Assembly: GCA_964544275.1 (NCBI GenBank)
Contig: CAZIZX010000002.1
Coordinates: forward strand, 2,056-66,055
Direction of reading: 5' to 3'
DNA length: 64,000 nt
DNA from: an uncultured Gammaproteobacteria bacterium
GTDB lineage: Bacteria; Patescibacteriota; Microgenomatia; UBA12405
The translations under genes were made by a program, and so were the position numbers. The notes below the pieces were generated by a model. That model made no database searches. It worked only from the letters and a program-made list of their open reading frames with translations, and was not told where the DNA came from. This document shows, in pieces, positions 28,758-38,490 of this stretch (its first letter is position 1; each line of letters starts with the position of its first letter).

Positions 28758-29966
28758 TTAGCGAATAGTGACAGCGTATAGGTTTTCGGGTGCACCTTCG
28801 TAGGGAGAGACTAGGGTGACAATGCGACTGCCATCCGCCCAAGGGAAGACATATTCGGGGTTAAAGTTGCCGGCGAACAATGTTTGATTGTTGGTGCTAT
28901 CGTATTCGATAACTTTGATCTGTTTATCTGACAGGTAGATAATGCTGTTGGAGTTGGGCAGCCAAAAGGGTTTTCTGATGGCGTCGGCTGCTGCCAGAAG
29001 GAAGTTGGTATCGTCTTTGAGGTCGTAAACATAATAGTTTCCAGCTTTGACATCACGGCTTTGGTTTTGGGTACTTTGAGCTGGAGGAGGGGTGATAATG
29101 TTTGGTTTGATTTGGCCGTTGGTGTGGGCAAGGTAGAGAACTTTTTCGTCGGCACTATTGAAGGAGATTTGGCTTTGGGCTGAGTCAGTGGATATGAGCT
29201 GTTTGATTTCAGGAGGGACTTTTTCCAGCTTGACCAGATTATTTTGAATAATTTGGCGTTGCCAGTCTTCACGAATGAGAGGAATTCGGGGAGTGACATC
29301 ATATAGGTTTCTGGTATTTATGGGAGAATCGAGAGAAATGAGATAGCTGATGTTGGTAGTTTTGTTTGAGGCCAATATGGATCGGCCGTCTGGGGAAAAC
29401 TCAAAGGTGAATTTGGACCAATCTATTCCAGGGTAGTTAGGTGCAATTTGTTTGGTGGGAGAGCGGTTTATCAATATGGGATTGTCGACAAGGTCAATCT
29501 GGTAGAGACCATTGTCGCGAGCAGCGGAAGCAGAAGCGACGGAGTAGATTATTTTGGTGCCGTCGGGACTGAGGGTGGAAGCGATAGCACCGGAGAGAGT
29601 GACCGGGCGAAGATCAGGAACCGATCGGTAAAGTTGAGCGTCGGTTTGAAAGACAATTTCTTTTTTGATGATAATTTCTTTTTCCCAGGGGAGATAGCCG
29701 TCTTTGACGATTTTGATAGAGTAGTCGCCGGGAGGTAGATTAATAGTGTCGTCGGTGGCTGTAATTAAGCGGTCGTTGACATAGACTGAAGCTGATTTGG
29801 GACGGGAAGTGGCAGAGAGTAGCCCGGTGGCCTGGAGGACAACTCCTTTTTGAAGATTAAGCTGATAGCCGCGAGCGTAAAAAGAGATGAGGTAGGTAGA
29901 AAAAGCTACAAGTAGGAGAACAGAAAACATTATCAAAAGACTTTTTTTGTCTGAAGATCTGGCCAT
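28758..29966 (-). CDS. PEGA-domain membrane protein with beta-propeller-like repeats
   Basis: TM, YARGY, S.P..ASVYVN..LPPGDY...I.KDGY..W.K, SPDG repeats; start moved to ATG 29966 (TATAAT 6 nt upstream). Confidence 0.8.
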   Translation of the reverse strand: MARSSDKKSLLIMFSVLLLVAFSTYLISFYARGYQLNLQKGVVLQATGLLSATSRPKSASVYVNDRLITATDDTINLPPGDYSIKIVKDGYLPWEKEIIIKKEIVFQTDAQLYRSVPDLRPVTLSGAIASTLSPDGTKIIYSVASASAARDNGLYQIDLVDNPILINRSPTKQIAPNYPGIDWSKFTFEFSPDGRSILASNKTTNISYLISLDSPINTRNLYDVTPRIPLIREDWQRQIIQNNLVKLEKVPPEIKQLISTDSAQSQISFNSADEKVLYLAHTNGQIKPNIITPPPAQSTQNQSRDVKAGNYYVYDLKDDTNFLLAAADAIRKPFWLPNSNSIIYLSDKQIKVIEYDSTNNQTLFAGNFNPEYVFPWADGSRIVTLVSPYEGAPENLYAVTIR

Positions 29967-30033
29967 GAGCATATTATACCTTAGAGAGAAGTAGTCAGTA
30001 GCTAGTAGTTGGCAGTTGGGATAGAATAAAAAC

Positions 30034-31035
30034 ATGAAGTTGTTTAAGAAACTGGGGATTGATCTGGGAACGGCAAATAGCCTGGTGTGGGAGGCTAATG
30101 AGGGAGTAGTTTTGAATGAACCGACGGTGGTGGCGGTAGGGATTGAGGATCGGAAGGTGTTGGCGGCGGGGACTGAAGCCAAAAAGATGCTGGGGAAGAC
30201 CCCGGAATATATAGAGGTGATCAGGCCACTGTCTGACGGGGCGATTGCGGACTATGAAGTGACCGAGGCAATGTTGCGGTATTTTATGAAGCAAGTGATG
30301 GGAAATAACTGGTTTGTCGGGCCTGAAGTGATGGTTTGTGTGCCGGCGGGAGTGACCCAGGTGGAACAAAGAGCAGTTTTGGATGCGACTTTAGCGGCTG
30401 GAGCCAGGAGGGCGTATCTGATAGATGAGCCGTTGGCGGCAGCGATTGGCGCTAAAATTCCGGGGGCCGATGCCTATGGGAATATGATAGTAGATATCGG
30501 AGGCGGAGCGGCCGAAGCGGCAGTGATTGCTCTGGGTGGAGTGGTAACACATAAAAGTGTCAGGGTGGGAGGAGATAAACTAGACAGAGCAATCGTGGAA
30601 TACCTGAAAAAGAAGTATAACCTGGTGGTGGGGGAGCAAACGGCGGAGAATATTAAGATAGAACTTGGAAGTGCGATTAAATTAAAACGGCCGGAGAAAA
30701 TGGAAGTTCATGGCAGAGATTCTATTTATGGTTTACCTAAAAATATAGAGGTTACTTCGGATGAGGTGTATGAAGCGATCAGACCGATATTGGATCAAAT
30801 TATTATGTCTATTCGGGATACTCTGGAGATTACGCCACCGGAATTGGTAGCGGATATCGTGGACCGGGGGATTGTCTTAAGTGGCGGTACGGCCCAGTTG
30901 AGGAATTTTAATGTGTTGGTGACAAGGGAAATAGGGGTGTCGGCGCATGTGGCATTGGAGCCCCAATTTTGTGTGATCAGAGGAACAGGAACTGCTATAG
31001 AAAATCTGGAAGTTTATCGGCGGGCGATTAGGTGA
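30034..31035 (+). CDS. mreB: Rod-shape protein MreB
   Basis: GIDLGTAN, EPTVVA, PL.DGAIAD, EPLAAAIGA, DIGGG, GIVLSGG. Confidence 0.95.
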   Translation: MKLFKKLGIDLGTANSLVWEANEGVVLNEPTVVAVGIEDRKVLAAGTEAKKMLGKTPEYIEVIRPLSDGAIADYEVTEAMLRYFMKQVMGNNWFVGPEVMVCVPAGVTQVEQRAVLDATLAAGARRAYLIDEPLAAAIGAKIPGADAYGNMIVDIGGGAAEAAVIALGGVVTHKSVRVGGDKLDRAIVEYLKKKYNLVVGEQTAENIKIELGSAIKLKRPEKMEVHGRDSIYGLPKNIEVTSDEVYEAIRPILDQIIMSIRDTLEITPPELVADIVDRGIVLSGGTAQLRNFNVLVTREIGVSAHVALEPQFCVIRGTGTAIENLEVYRRAIR

Positions 31036-31436
31036 TACAGTTTGTTTTAGCTGTATATAAGTCTTTATTATTGATGAATTTTAGATTGTAAATATTCTTT
31101 AAAAATATCATTATAATTTTAATTATATTGAAGTGATGTTGTTTTGGTCTTTTTTGCATATTTGGCGGCTACATTGGCGTAATAAATGAGTAATAAATTT
31201 GATCATTAGAGAAAGAGTGAGAGTAAAAAGATTGGAAGGAGGTAAAACTTATAGTTGACAGGGATTTTGAGGGTGATATATTTATATTGATAACCTTATA
31301 ATTATTATGTATGGGGTAATATGAAAGTCCTATAATATAATAAATTTTTTATTATTTTGATAAAATTTTTGAAAAAACCAAAAAAGGGTTGAGTTACTAG
31401 CGTTTGGATGTTGGTTGTGAGATAATTTTGGGTGAA

Positions 31437-32261
31437 ATGATGGCTAGTAAATGTGGAAAAGTGGATAAAGTGGAGTTAAAATATACCGATAAAATAGGGT
31501 TAATATGGGGAATACCCATATTTGGCAGAGGATACAAGCAAGTGCTAGTATTGCTGGAGAGTTGGTTGAGGGAGAAAAAACGCCGAATATGGGTGGCCAC
31601 GGTTAACCCGGAGTTTGTGATGGTGGCCAAAAAAGACAAAAAATTCCTGGAGTTGTTACAAAAAAAGACGAGTTTGAATGTGGTGGATGGGGTGGGGTTG
31701 TTGTGGGCGATGAAAATTCAAGATTCGAAACAGAAACTAAGGGAGGGAGTGAAAGTGGCGGGAGAAATTTTGGGAGGAAAGCATAACAGTGAAATTGCGG
31801 CTGGAAGTGATTTGATTGATGGTTTGTGTCGGGTGGCGGCCCGGAGGAACTGGAGTGTGTTTTTCTTGGGTGGGTGGGAAGACAGGGCCAGGAGAACGGC
31901 AGACAAATTGTTGATCAAATACCCTGGGTTAAAAGTAAAAGGGACTTATGGAGGGATGGCAAATGGGGAGGACGAAAAGATATTAGAAGTTTTGGGTAAG
32001 GATCACATTGATATATTATTTGTAGCGTATGGGATGAAGAGGCAGGAAGATTGGATCGGACGAAATATTAATAAGCTGGATGTGGGTCTGGTGATGGGAG
32101 TGGGCAGAAGTTTTGATTATTATAGTGGGGACCTGAAGCGGGCGCCCGGATGGGTGAGGAAAATGGGGATGGAGTGGTTGTATTCTTTGGTGAAGGAACC
32201 GAAAAGGTGGAGAAGGCAATTGGTGCTGCCTAAATTTGTATGGGAAGTGATCAGGGGGTAG
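31437..32261 (+). CDS. WecB/TagA/CpsF family glycosyltransferase (start uncertain)
   Basis: TVNPEF, DGVG, GSDL, LFVAYG..RQE.WI, MGVG.SFD, RAP...GMEWLY.L..EP.R. Confidence 0.9.
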   Translation: MMASKCGKVDKVELKYTDKIGLIWGIPIFGRGYKQVLVLLESWLREKKRRIWVATVNPEFVMVAKKDKKFLELLQKKTSLNVVDGVGLLWAMKIQDSKQKLREGVKVAGEILGGKHNSEIAAGSDLIDGLCRVAARRNWSVFFLGGWEDRARRTADKLLIKYPGLKVKGTYGGMANGEDEKILEVLGKDHIDILFVAYGMKRQEDWIGRNINKLDVGLVMGVGRSFDYYSGDLKRAPGWVRKMGMEWLYSLVKEPKRWRRQLVLPKFVWEVIRG

Positions 32262-32295
32262 AAAAGCGGTTGATGTTGAGTATAAAATGGGTTAG

Positions 32296-32511
32296 ATGAT
32301 TGGGTTTCTGGAAAGAGTAAAGGAAAGATTATTGCACAGAGAAGTTCCGGCTATTAGGTTGGAGGATGGGTCTTTGTGTACAGACAGGACTTTTGTGGGT
32401 GGTTTGGATCCTCAGAATGTCGATGCGGTTTTGGTTGAGGAAAGGAATCATCCTCTGGCGGAGTGGACGTTGAAGGAGATTATACCGAGGGGTGATGAGG
32501 GAGGTAGTTAG
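32296..32511 (+). CDS. Small hypothetical protein
   Basis: 71-aa ORF with TAAAAT just upstream; fills the gap to murB. Confidence 0.5.
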   Translation: MIGFLERVKERLLHREVPAIRLEDGSLCTDRTFVGGLDPQNVDAVLVEERNHPLAEWTLKEIIPRGDEGGS

Positions 32512-33449
32512 AATTGACCCAAAAACTTGATTTCGGGCTGGAGGTCGAGGTTAAGTTTCTGTTTGGCTTGAGATTGGATATACCTGATTAGGTCAAGATA
32601 GTCCCGGGCAGTGGCGGTGCCATCATTGACAAGAAAATTGGCGTGTTGGTCGGAGACCCTGGCTCCATTGATGGAGAAATTTTTTAGATTTAATTCCTGA
32701 TCGATAATCCGTCCGGCAGAGTCGGCGGGGGGGTTTTGGAAGACACAACCGGCGGAATTGGGGGGTTGGGTGATGGTTTTTTGGGCGATGATGTTCCGGA
32801 CGAGCTGTTTGGCTGGGATGGGGTTGCCTGGTGTCAGGTTTAGATTGACGGAGAGGATGATCCATTCGGGGTGGTCCTGAAATTGGGAATAATCATAAGA
32901 CCAGCGAAGTTGATTGGCTTTTTGGGTGGTAATTTTGCCGGTGAGAAGATTAATAAATTTAACTGAGTTGATAATTTGGGAAAAGTGGTGATGGTCGATT
33001 CCGTGAATGTGAGAATAAACGGCACCACCGATAGTGGCCGGGATGTAGGCATAGTATTCCAGACCGGTGAGATGGCGGTTTAGGGTGGAACTGATGGCGA
33101 AGGCCAGAGAAGTGCCAGAACTGAGGGTGACGAGTGAGGGATTTTTTTTGGAGATGGTTAAATGATTACCACTATTTTTGATGACAATGCCTCTGATACC
33201 GGAATCGGAGATGAGGACATTGGAGCCGTTGCCGAGAATGGTTAATTGTAGATGCGGCGTTGTTGCTTTGACATTATTGGAAAGAAAAATTAAAACGTCG
33301 TGAAATTCTTTTGGGTTGCGGGTGTGGATGAAGATGTCGGCCGGGCCGCCGATTTTGAGGGTGGTGTAGGGGGCAAGGGAGTGATTTTCCCGAATGGAAA
33401 GATGGGGAAATTTGGAGGAGAGACTGGAGAACAGCTGATGGTAATCCAT
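32508..33449 (-). CDS. murB: UDP-N-acetylmuramate dehydrogenase
   Basis: TTLKIGGPA, LGNGSNVL, IPATIGGA, SAGCVFQNP, HANFLVN, LQPEI. Confidence 0.95.
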   Translation of the reverse strand: MDYHQLFSSLSSKFPHLSIRENHSLAPYTTLKIGGPADIFIHTRNPKEFHDVLIFLSNNVKATTPHLQLTILGNGSNVLISDSGIRGIVIKNSGNHLTISKKNPSLVTLSSGTSLAFAISSTLNRHLTGLEYYAYIPATIGGAVYSHIHGIDHHHFSQIINSVKFINLLTGKITTQKANQLRWSYDYSQFQDHPEWIILSVNLNLTPGNPIPAKQLVRNIIAQKTITQPPNSAGCVFQNPPADSAGRIIDQELNLKNFSINGARVSDQHANFLVNDGTATARDYLDLIRYIQSQAKQKLNLDLQPEIKFLGQF

Positions 33450-33612
33450 GGATTGATTATAGCTTAAGGTTTGTGTTTTGGAGCAGAGATTGGCCTTATA
33501 AGTTGAGTGATTTGATGTAATATTTATATATAGGTTGTGGATGTGGAAAAGTGGATAGAATTAATGTTATCCTATAGTTTTATTGGAAGCGGAAATAGGA
33601 TAAAATTAGGTA

Positions 33613-34440
33613 ATGAAAAGTTGGTGGAAGTGGGTAGTGTTTTTGGTTTTGATTATAATTTCCGGTATATATTTGACCTCTGACAGGGAAGTGGAGAGGG
33701 CGATTGAGAGTCAGGAGGCAGTATTGGTAGAGGAAGATAAAAAAGAGTTGGGGTTGAAGTTTGCGGTAATGGCAGATGTTCATTCGGAGTGGGGAAGGTG
33801 GCGAAAATTATTGGAAAAAGCGCGGGATGGTGGTAATGAAATGGTGATAATTGCCGGGGATTTGGCGTCGGAGGCCAGAAAAAGGGATTTTTTGGAAGCC
33901 AAAAAGGTATTGGACGGAGCGGGGTTGGAGTATTATGTGGTCCCGGGAAACCATGATTGGAGGTGGGGTGAGAGTAGGGGGAGGAACGAGTACGGGGAAG
34001 TGTTTGAAGAGGATTATATGAGCTTTAAAAAGGGTGAGGTTAAATTTATTTTGGTCAATAATGGTGGTTATTTGGGTTTGGGAGAGAAACAATGGGCGTG
34101 GTTAAGGGAAGAAACAAAAGAATGTGAGGATTATTTTTGTGTGGCAGTGATGCATATGCCGTTGAACCATAATTTTTTGATGGATATTATGGGGAGAGAA
34201 AATGAAAGGTTGAGGAAAGAGGCATCAGAGTTATTAGTTTTTTTGAGGGAGAGCGGAATAAAAGATATAATTACCGGACATATGCATTATTCGACTTCTT
34301 ACGAACTGGATGGAGTGAGGACTTATATTGTCGGGGCAGTGGGAGAAGATAATAATCCGCAAGGGTCGAGGTATACGGAGTTTGAGTTCCAGGAAGGGAA
34401 GTTAGGGCGGAAAGTAGTAACTTGGGAGGAGTTAGAGTGA
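33613..34440 (+). CDS. Membrane-anchored calcineurin-like metallophosphoesterase
   Basis: DVH, GD, GNHD, GHMH motifs; N-terminal TM. Confidence 0.9.
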   Translation: MKSWWKWVVFLVLIIISGIYLTSDREVERAIESQEAVLVEEDKKELGLKFAVMADVHSEWGRWRKLLEKARDGGNEMVIIAGDLASEARKRDFLEAKKVLDGAGLEYYVVPGNHDWRWGESRGRNEYGEVFEEDYMSFKKGEVKFILVNNGGYLGLGEKQWAWLREETKECEDYFCVAVMHMPLNHNFLMDIMGRENERLRKEASELLVFLRESGIKDIITGHMHYSTSYELDGVRTYIVGAVGEDNNPQGSRYTEFEFQEGKLGRKVVTWEELE

Positions 34441-34907
34441 TTTTGGGAATTGATCCGGGATTGGCAAACACCGGTTGGGCGGTATTGAGGGATGAGAGAA
34501 CTTTGGTGGATTGTGGTTGTCTGGTGACGAAAATTGCTGATGGTTCGGCGGCCAGGCTGGATCATATATATAGTGAACTGGAACAAATTATAAAAAAATA
34601 TAGTATCAACGAGATGGCGATTGAGACTTTGTATTTTGCCAAAAATGCCAAATCAGCAATTAAAGTGGCGGAAGCAATTGGAGTGATAAAAGTATGTGGT
34701 CGGCGGAACCGGATAGAAGTGAGCGAATATACTCCGTTGCAGGTAAAAATGGCATTGGTGGGGTATGGACGGGCGGAAAAGGAGCAGGTGGAATTAATGG
34801 TGAGAACTTTTTTGGACAGAAGTGAGCCGATTGTGCCAAGACACGCTTCGGATGCGGTAGCGGTAGGATTGACGCATTTGTTTACAGCTAAATTAAAGGT
34901 GGCCTGA
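34437..34907 (+). CDS. ruvC: Holliday junction resolvase RuvC
   Basis: ILGIDPG..NTGW, EYTP.QVK...GYG.AEK.QV, DA.A. Confidence 0.95.
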   Translation: MILGIDPGLANTGWAVLRDERTLVDCGCLVTKIADGSAARLDHIYSELEQIIKKYSINEMAIETLYFAKNAKSAIKVAEAIGVIKVCGRRNRIEVSEYTPLQVKMALVGYGRAEKEQVELMVRTFLDRSEPIVPRHASDAVAVGLTHLFTAKLKVA

Positions 34908-34927
34908 ATATAGTAGAATTAGGATAA

Positions 34928-35248
34928 ATGGACTGCGGTTTAGGTGAAAGTGGCCGATCTATGGTGGGGGCAATTTTGATATTGCTGTTTATGGCGGGGA
35001 TGTTGCCGACTTTGATGAAGGTGGTGGGAGAAAGGCAGGACTGGCGGGATAGAGCTTCGGACAAATTACCAGGGAAAGATGCTTATGTGCTTGAGGGGAA
35101 GAGTGAGGAAGACATTGATAATATGTTTGCTTTGACTTTGACAAAAACAAGCAGATCCTGTTTGCTGATTGACTTGGGCAAGGGCTGTTTTTGTCTGGCG
35201 GGTTTGCAGTGTGTCAGTGGAGAGTGTGCCGGCTGGTACTGCGAGTGA
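34928..35248 (+). CDS. Small TM protein with Cys-rich C-terminus
   Basis: TM ~aa 11-29; C-terminal CLLIDLGKGCFCLAGLQCVSGECAGWYCE. Confidence 0.65.
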   Translation: MDCGLGESGRSMVGAILILLFMAGMLPTLMKVVGERQDWRDRASDKLPGKDAYVLEGKSEEDIDNMFALTLTKTSRSCLLIDLGKGCFCLAGLQCVSGECAGWYCE

Positions 35249-35286
35249 AATTAGATGATTTGGTAAATTTACTTTATAATGCTGAT

Positions 35287-35856
35287 ATGATTTCCAGCCT
35301 AAAAGGGGTATTAAACAAAATCAGAAACAGGGATGTTGAGGTGGAAGTAAACGGAGTGGGTTATCTAGTACGGGTGGGCAGCGGTTTTTTGAGAAGACAT
35401 GTTGAGGGAGAAGAAGTGCGGATAGAGACTTACATGGCGGTGTCGGAGAATGATATGAGTTTGTACGGATTTGATTCTGGTGAGGAAGTGGAGTTGTTTA
35501 AGATGTTTTTGGGAGTTTCCGGTATTGGTCCAAAGACGGCTTCTTTGATTTTGGGAGAGTGTGAAGTAGAGGCGGTAATGAAGGCGATAGGGGAAGCGGA
35601 TGTGAAATATTTTGAGAAAATTAAGGGAGTGGGTAAAAAGGCAGCCCAAAGAATTATTATTGATTTGAAATCGAAAATTGGCGGGTTAGGGGAACTGGAC
35701 TTAAGGCAGGATGAAGATGGTGGGGATGAATTGTATTTGAGTTTGAGGCAATTGGGTTTCGCCCGGGTGGAAATTGAAGCGGTGGTTAAAAAGATGCCGA
35801 TGGAAGTTTTGACTATCGAAGAAAGGCTGAGTTGGTGTTTGAATAATTTGGGGTAA
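35287..35856 (+). CDS. ruvA: Holliday junction branch migration protein RuvA
   Basis: MISSLKG, VNGVGY, LYGF, VSGIGPK, GVGKKAAQRIIIDLK. Confidence 0.95.
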   Translation: MISSLKGVLNKIRNRDVEVEVNGVGYLVRVGSGFLRRHVEGEEVRIETYMAVSENDMSLYGFDSGEEVELFKMFLGVSGIGPKTASLILGECEVEAVMKAIGEADVKYFEKIKGVGKKAAQRIIIDLKSKIGGLGELDLRQDEDGGDELYLSLRQLGFARVEIEAVVKKMPMEVLTIEERLSWCLNNLG

Positions 35857-35957
35857 AATAGCGCATGGCCGAGAAAAAGATTTTTAGGGTTTGGTCCCAG
35901 AAGAATGTGTGGCGGCTGATTTGGGTTTTGTTTGGTGGTTTATTGTAAAATAATGAA

Positions 35958-36920
35958 ATGAGCGATAGCAACCTGGACCCGAAGCCCAAGAAAGAAGATA
36001 AAATTATTGAGAAAAGTTTGAGACCACAGAGTTTGGCAGAGTTTATTGGACAGGAGAGACTGAAGGAGCAGTTGAGAATATTTGTGGAGGCGGCAAGAGC
36101 GAGGAGCGAACCCCTGGATCATATCTTGTTTTATGGTCCACCGGGATTGGGAAAAACAACGTTGGCATTTTTGATGGCCAAGGAGATGGGGTCAAATATT
36201 AAAATTACTTCAGGTCCGGCCATGACACGAGCTGGGGATTTGGCGGCGATACTGTCGGGGCTAAAAAGAGGAGATTTTTTGTTTATTGATGAAATTCATC
36301 GGATGAATAAGTTGGTGGAAGAAACTTTGTATGGTGCGATGGAAGATTTTGCCTTGGATATTGTATTGGGTAAGGGTCCGTCGGCAAAGACGGTCAGGTT
36401 AAACCTACAAAAGTTTACGATTGTGGGGGCGACAACGAGGATTGGGTTGATATCTGGGCCAATGAGAGACCGGTTTGGTTATGTTCAACAGCTGGATTTT
36501 TATGATGAAGAAAGTTTGAGGGAAATTGTGGAGAGAACGGGCGAAGTGTTAAAAGTAAAAATTGAAGAGAAGGCGGCAATGGAAATTGCTAAAAGATCGC
36601 GAGGAACACCGAGAGTGGCCAATAGATTATTGCGAAGGGTGAGGGATTATGCTCAAGTGAACAATGACGGGTTGATTACCATTAACGAAGCTAAGATGGC
36701 TTTGAAGATGATGGGTGTGGACGAAATGGGTCTTTCGGACGCAGACAGGAAATATCTGGAGGTGGTTAGAACACATTATGGTGGCGGACCGGTGGGGGTG
36801 GAAAATTTAGCGGCAGCGTTAACTGAGGATATTGGTACTATCACGGAAGTTTATGAGCCTTTTTTGATGAAGAGAGGTTTAATTAAAAGGACACCAAGAG
36901 GCAGGGTGCTGGTTGGGTAG
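35958..36920 (+). CDS. ruvB: Holliday junction helicase RuvB
   Basis: LRP..L.EFIGQ, GPPGLGKTT, FIDEIHR, RGTPRVANRLL, RTPRGR. Confidence 0.98.
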   Translation: MSDSNLDPKPKKEDKIIEKSLRPQSLAEFIGQERLKEQLRIFVEAARARSEPLDHILFYGPPGLGKTTLAFLMAKEMGSNIKITSGPAMTRAGDLAAILSGLKRGDFLFIDEIHRMNKLVEETLYGAMEDFALDIVLGKGPSAKTVRLNLQKFTIVGATTRIGLISGPMRDRFGYVQQLDFYDEESLREIVERTGEVLKVKIEEKAAMEIAKRSRGTPRVANRLLRRVRDYAQVNNDGLITINEAKMALKMMGVDEMGLSDADRKYLEVVRTHYGGGPVGVENLAAALTEDIGTITEVYEPFLMKRGLIKRTPRGRVLVG

Positions 36921-36949
36921 TATTTAGATATTATCTAAAATATAAATTT

Positions 36950-37207
36950 TTATTCCGATTGGATGCCCAGGAGCCAAAGGACGGCTTCTTTACGGTAGCG
37001 GCGATCACCGCGAGCGTTAATACGGATAGCCGGGAGTTTGCCCCTTTTACCCCATCTTTTGATAGTAAGTTTACTGACTCGAAGTAAGTCGGCAACTTCG
37101 GCGACGGTAAGTAAGTCGGGAAGATTGTCGATTGAGACTCCATTAACTTTTTTGGGAGGGTGGGATTGAGACACTAGTTTATCTTGTGTCTGAGTTTGTT
37201 CATCCAT
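36950..37207 (-). CDS. MerR-like/excisionase-type HTH protein
   Basis: LLTVAEVADLLRVS..TIKRW...GKL.AIRI..RGDRRY; AGGAG RBS. Confidence 0.85.
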   Translation of the reverse strand: MDEQTQTQDKLVSQSHPPKKVNGVSIDNLPDLLTVAEVADLLRVSKLTIKRWGKRGKLPAIRINARGDRRYRKEAVLWLLGIQSE

Positions 37208-37363
37208 AGACTGGCTCCTGTTGTATCAGAATAATGTATAACTGTAATCAGTAAAACACATTGGATATTTGTGTGTCAATGAGGCAAATAAGAGTGGTTT
37301 GACGCTAGATGTAGTGTAGGTGGTAGCTGTGGGAAAAAGATAAATATAGTGTAAAATTCTGGT

Positions 37364-38377
37364 ATGGATAAACAAGGGAATGTCAAGATCGCTTTTTTTG
37401 GAGTTAAATCGTGGGAAAGAGAGACGATCGAGAAGGAATTAGTCAAGATTGATAGTTATGGAGTGGGAATTTTTGAGGAGGAGGTACAGGATAAGGTGGA
37501 GCTGGCGGGTGAGTATGAAGTAATTTCTATTTTTATATATTCGAAGATGGATAAGAAGGTATTGGATAAGCTGCCAAGGTTAAAAATGATTGCTACCAGA
37601 TCAACCGGAACAGACCATATTGATTTGGACGAAGCGAAAAAGAGGGGAATAAAGGTAGTTAACGTGCCGGTGTATGGGTCGGAGACAGTGGCAGAGTATT
37701 CAATGGCTTTACTTTTGGCGGTGGCCAAAAAAATTGTTTGTGGTCATCAGGCGGTTGAAGATAATTATTTTAATCCGGAGGGTTTAACGGGGGTGGATTT
37801 AGCCGGAAAAACATTGGGTGTAATTGGGGTCGGAAGGATAGGGCAGAATATGATACGTTACGCCAGAGGCTTTAGGATGAAAGTTTTGGGGGTAGACGGT
37901 AATAGATTGCCCGGATTGGAAAAAAAATTGGGATTTCGGTATACGGATCTGGAAAATTGTCTGAAGGAATCTGATTTTGTGAGTTTGCATGTTCCAAGTA
38001 TTCCGGAAACGTTTCATATTATAAATAGAAATAATGTTAAATTAATGAAGAGAGGGTGTGTGTTGATTAATACATCGCGGGGGACGGTGGTGGAATCAGA
38101 GGCAATTGTGTGGGCGTTGAACAAAGGAATTTTGGCCGGAGCGGGACTGGATGTGGTGGAAGAAGAGGGTTTGCTGATTGATGATGGCAGTATGGCTTTG
38201 GATAAATCGGTGACTAAAGATGATTTGAGAGAAATGGTGAGCTACCATTTGCTGAGGGACAGGGACGATGTGATACTAACACCCCATAATGCTTTTAATA
38301 CCAAAGAGGCAATTGAGAGAATAATATCAACAACGGTGAATAGTATCGGCGAGTATTGTCAGGTAGTAGTGAGATAG
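37364..38377 (+). CDS. D-2-hydroxyacid (D-lactate-like) dehydrogenase
   Basis: RSTG.DHID, NVP.Y, GVIGVGRIG, INTSRG, GLDV.E.E, TPHNAF. Confidence 0.92.
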   Translation: MDKQGNVKIAFFGVKSWERETIEKELVKIDSYGVGIFEEEVQDKVELAGEYEVISIFIYSKMDKKVLDKLPRLKMIATRSTGTDHIDLDEAKKRGIKVVNVPVYGSETVAEYSMALLLAVAKKIVCGHQAVEDNYFNPEGLTGVDLAGKTLGVIGVGRIGQNMIRYARGFRMKVLGVDGNRLPGLEKKLGFRYTDLENCLKESDFVSLHVPSIPETFHIINRNNVKLMKRGCVLINTSRGTVVESEAIVWALNKGILAGAGLDVVEEEGLLIDDGSMALDKSVTKDDLREMVSYHLLRDRDDVILTPHNAFNTKEAIERIISTTVNSIGEYCQVVVR

Positions 38378-38414
38378 GTGGTAGGTGTGTAATTGATATG
38401 TATCCTATAATATA

Positions 38415-38443
38415 TTGACAACGGTTAGGTTGGTGTGTAAAAT
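38415..38443 (+). promoter_or_regulatory. Near-consensus sigma70 promoter
   Basis: TTGACA-17-TAAAAT with extended TG. Confidence 0.7.
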
Positions 38444-38490
38444 ATGTTCAAGAAGCAGGAATTTATTTGAAGCCTGCGGGTTTTTTGTTT

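Noticed and set aside
36950-37207. Excisionase marking a mobile element
   Set aside because: Stand-alone HTH among housekeeping genes with no mobile context.
38444-38490. Riboswitch or attenuator in the short leader (GCAGG...CCTGC then T-tract)
   Set aside because: Weak 5-bp stem with no recognisable aptamer.
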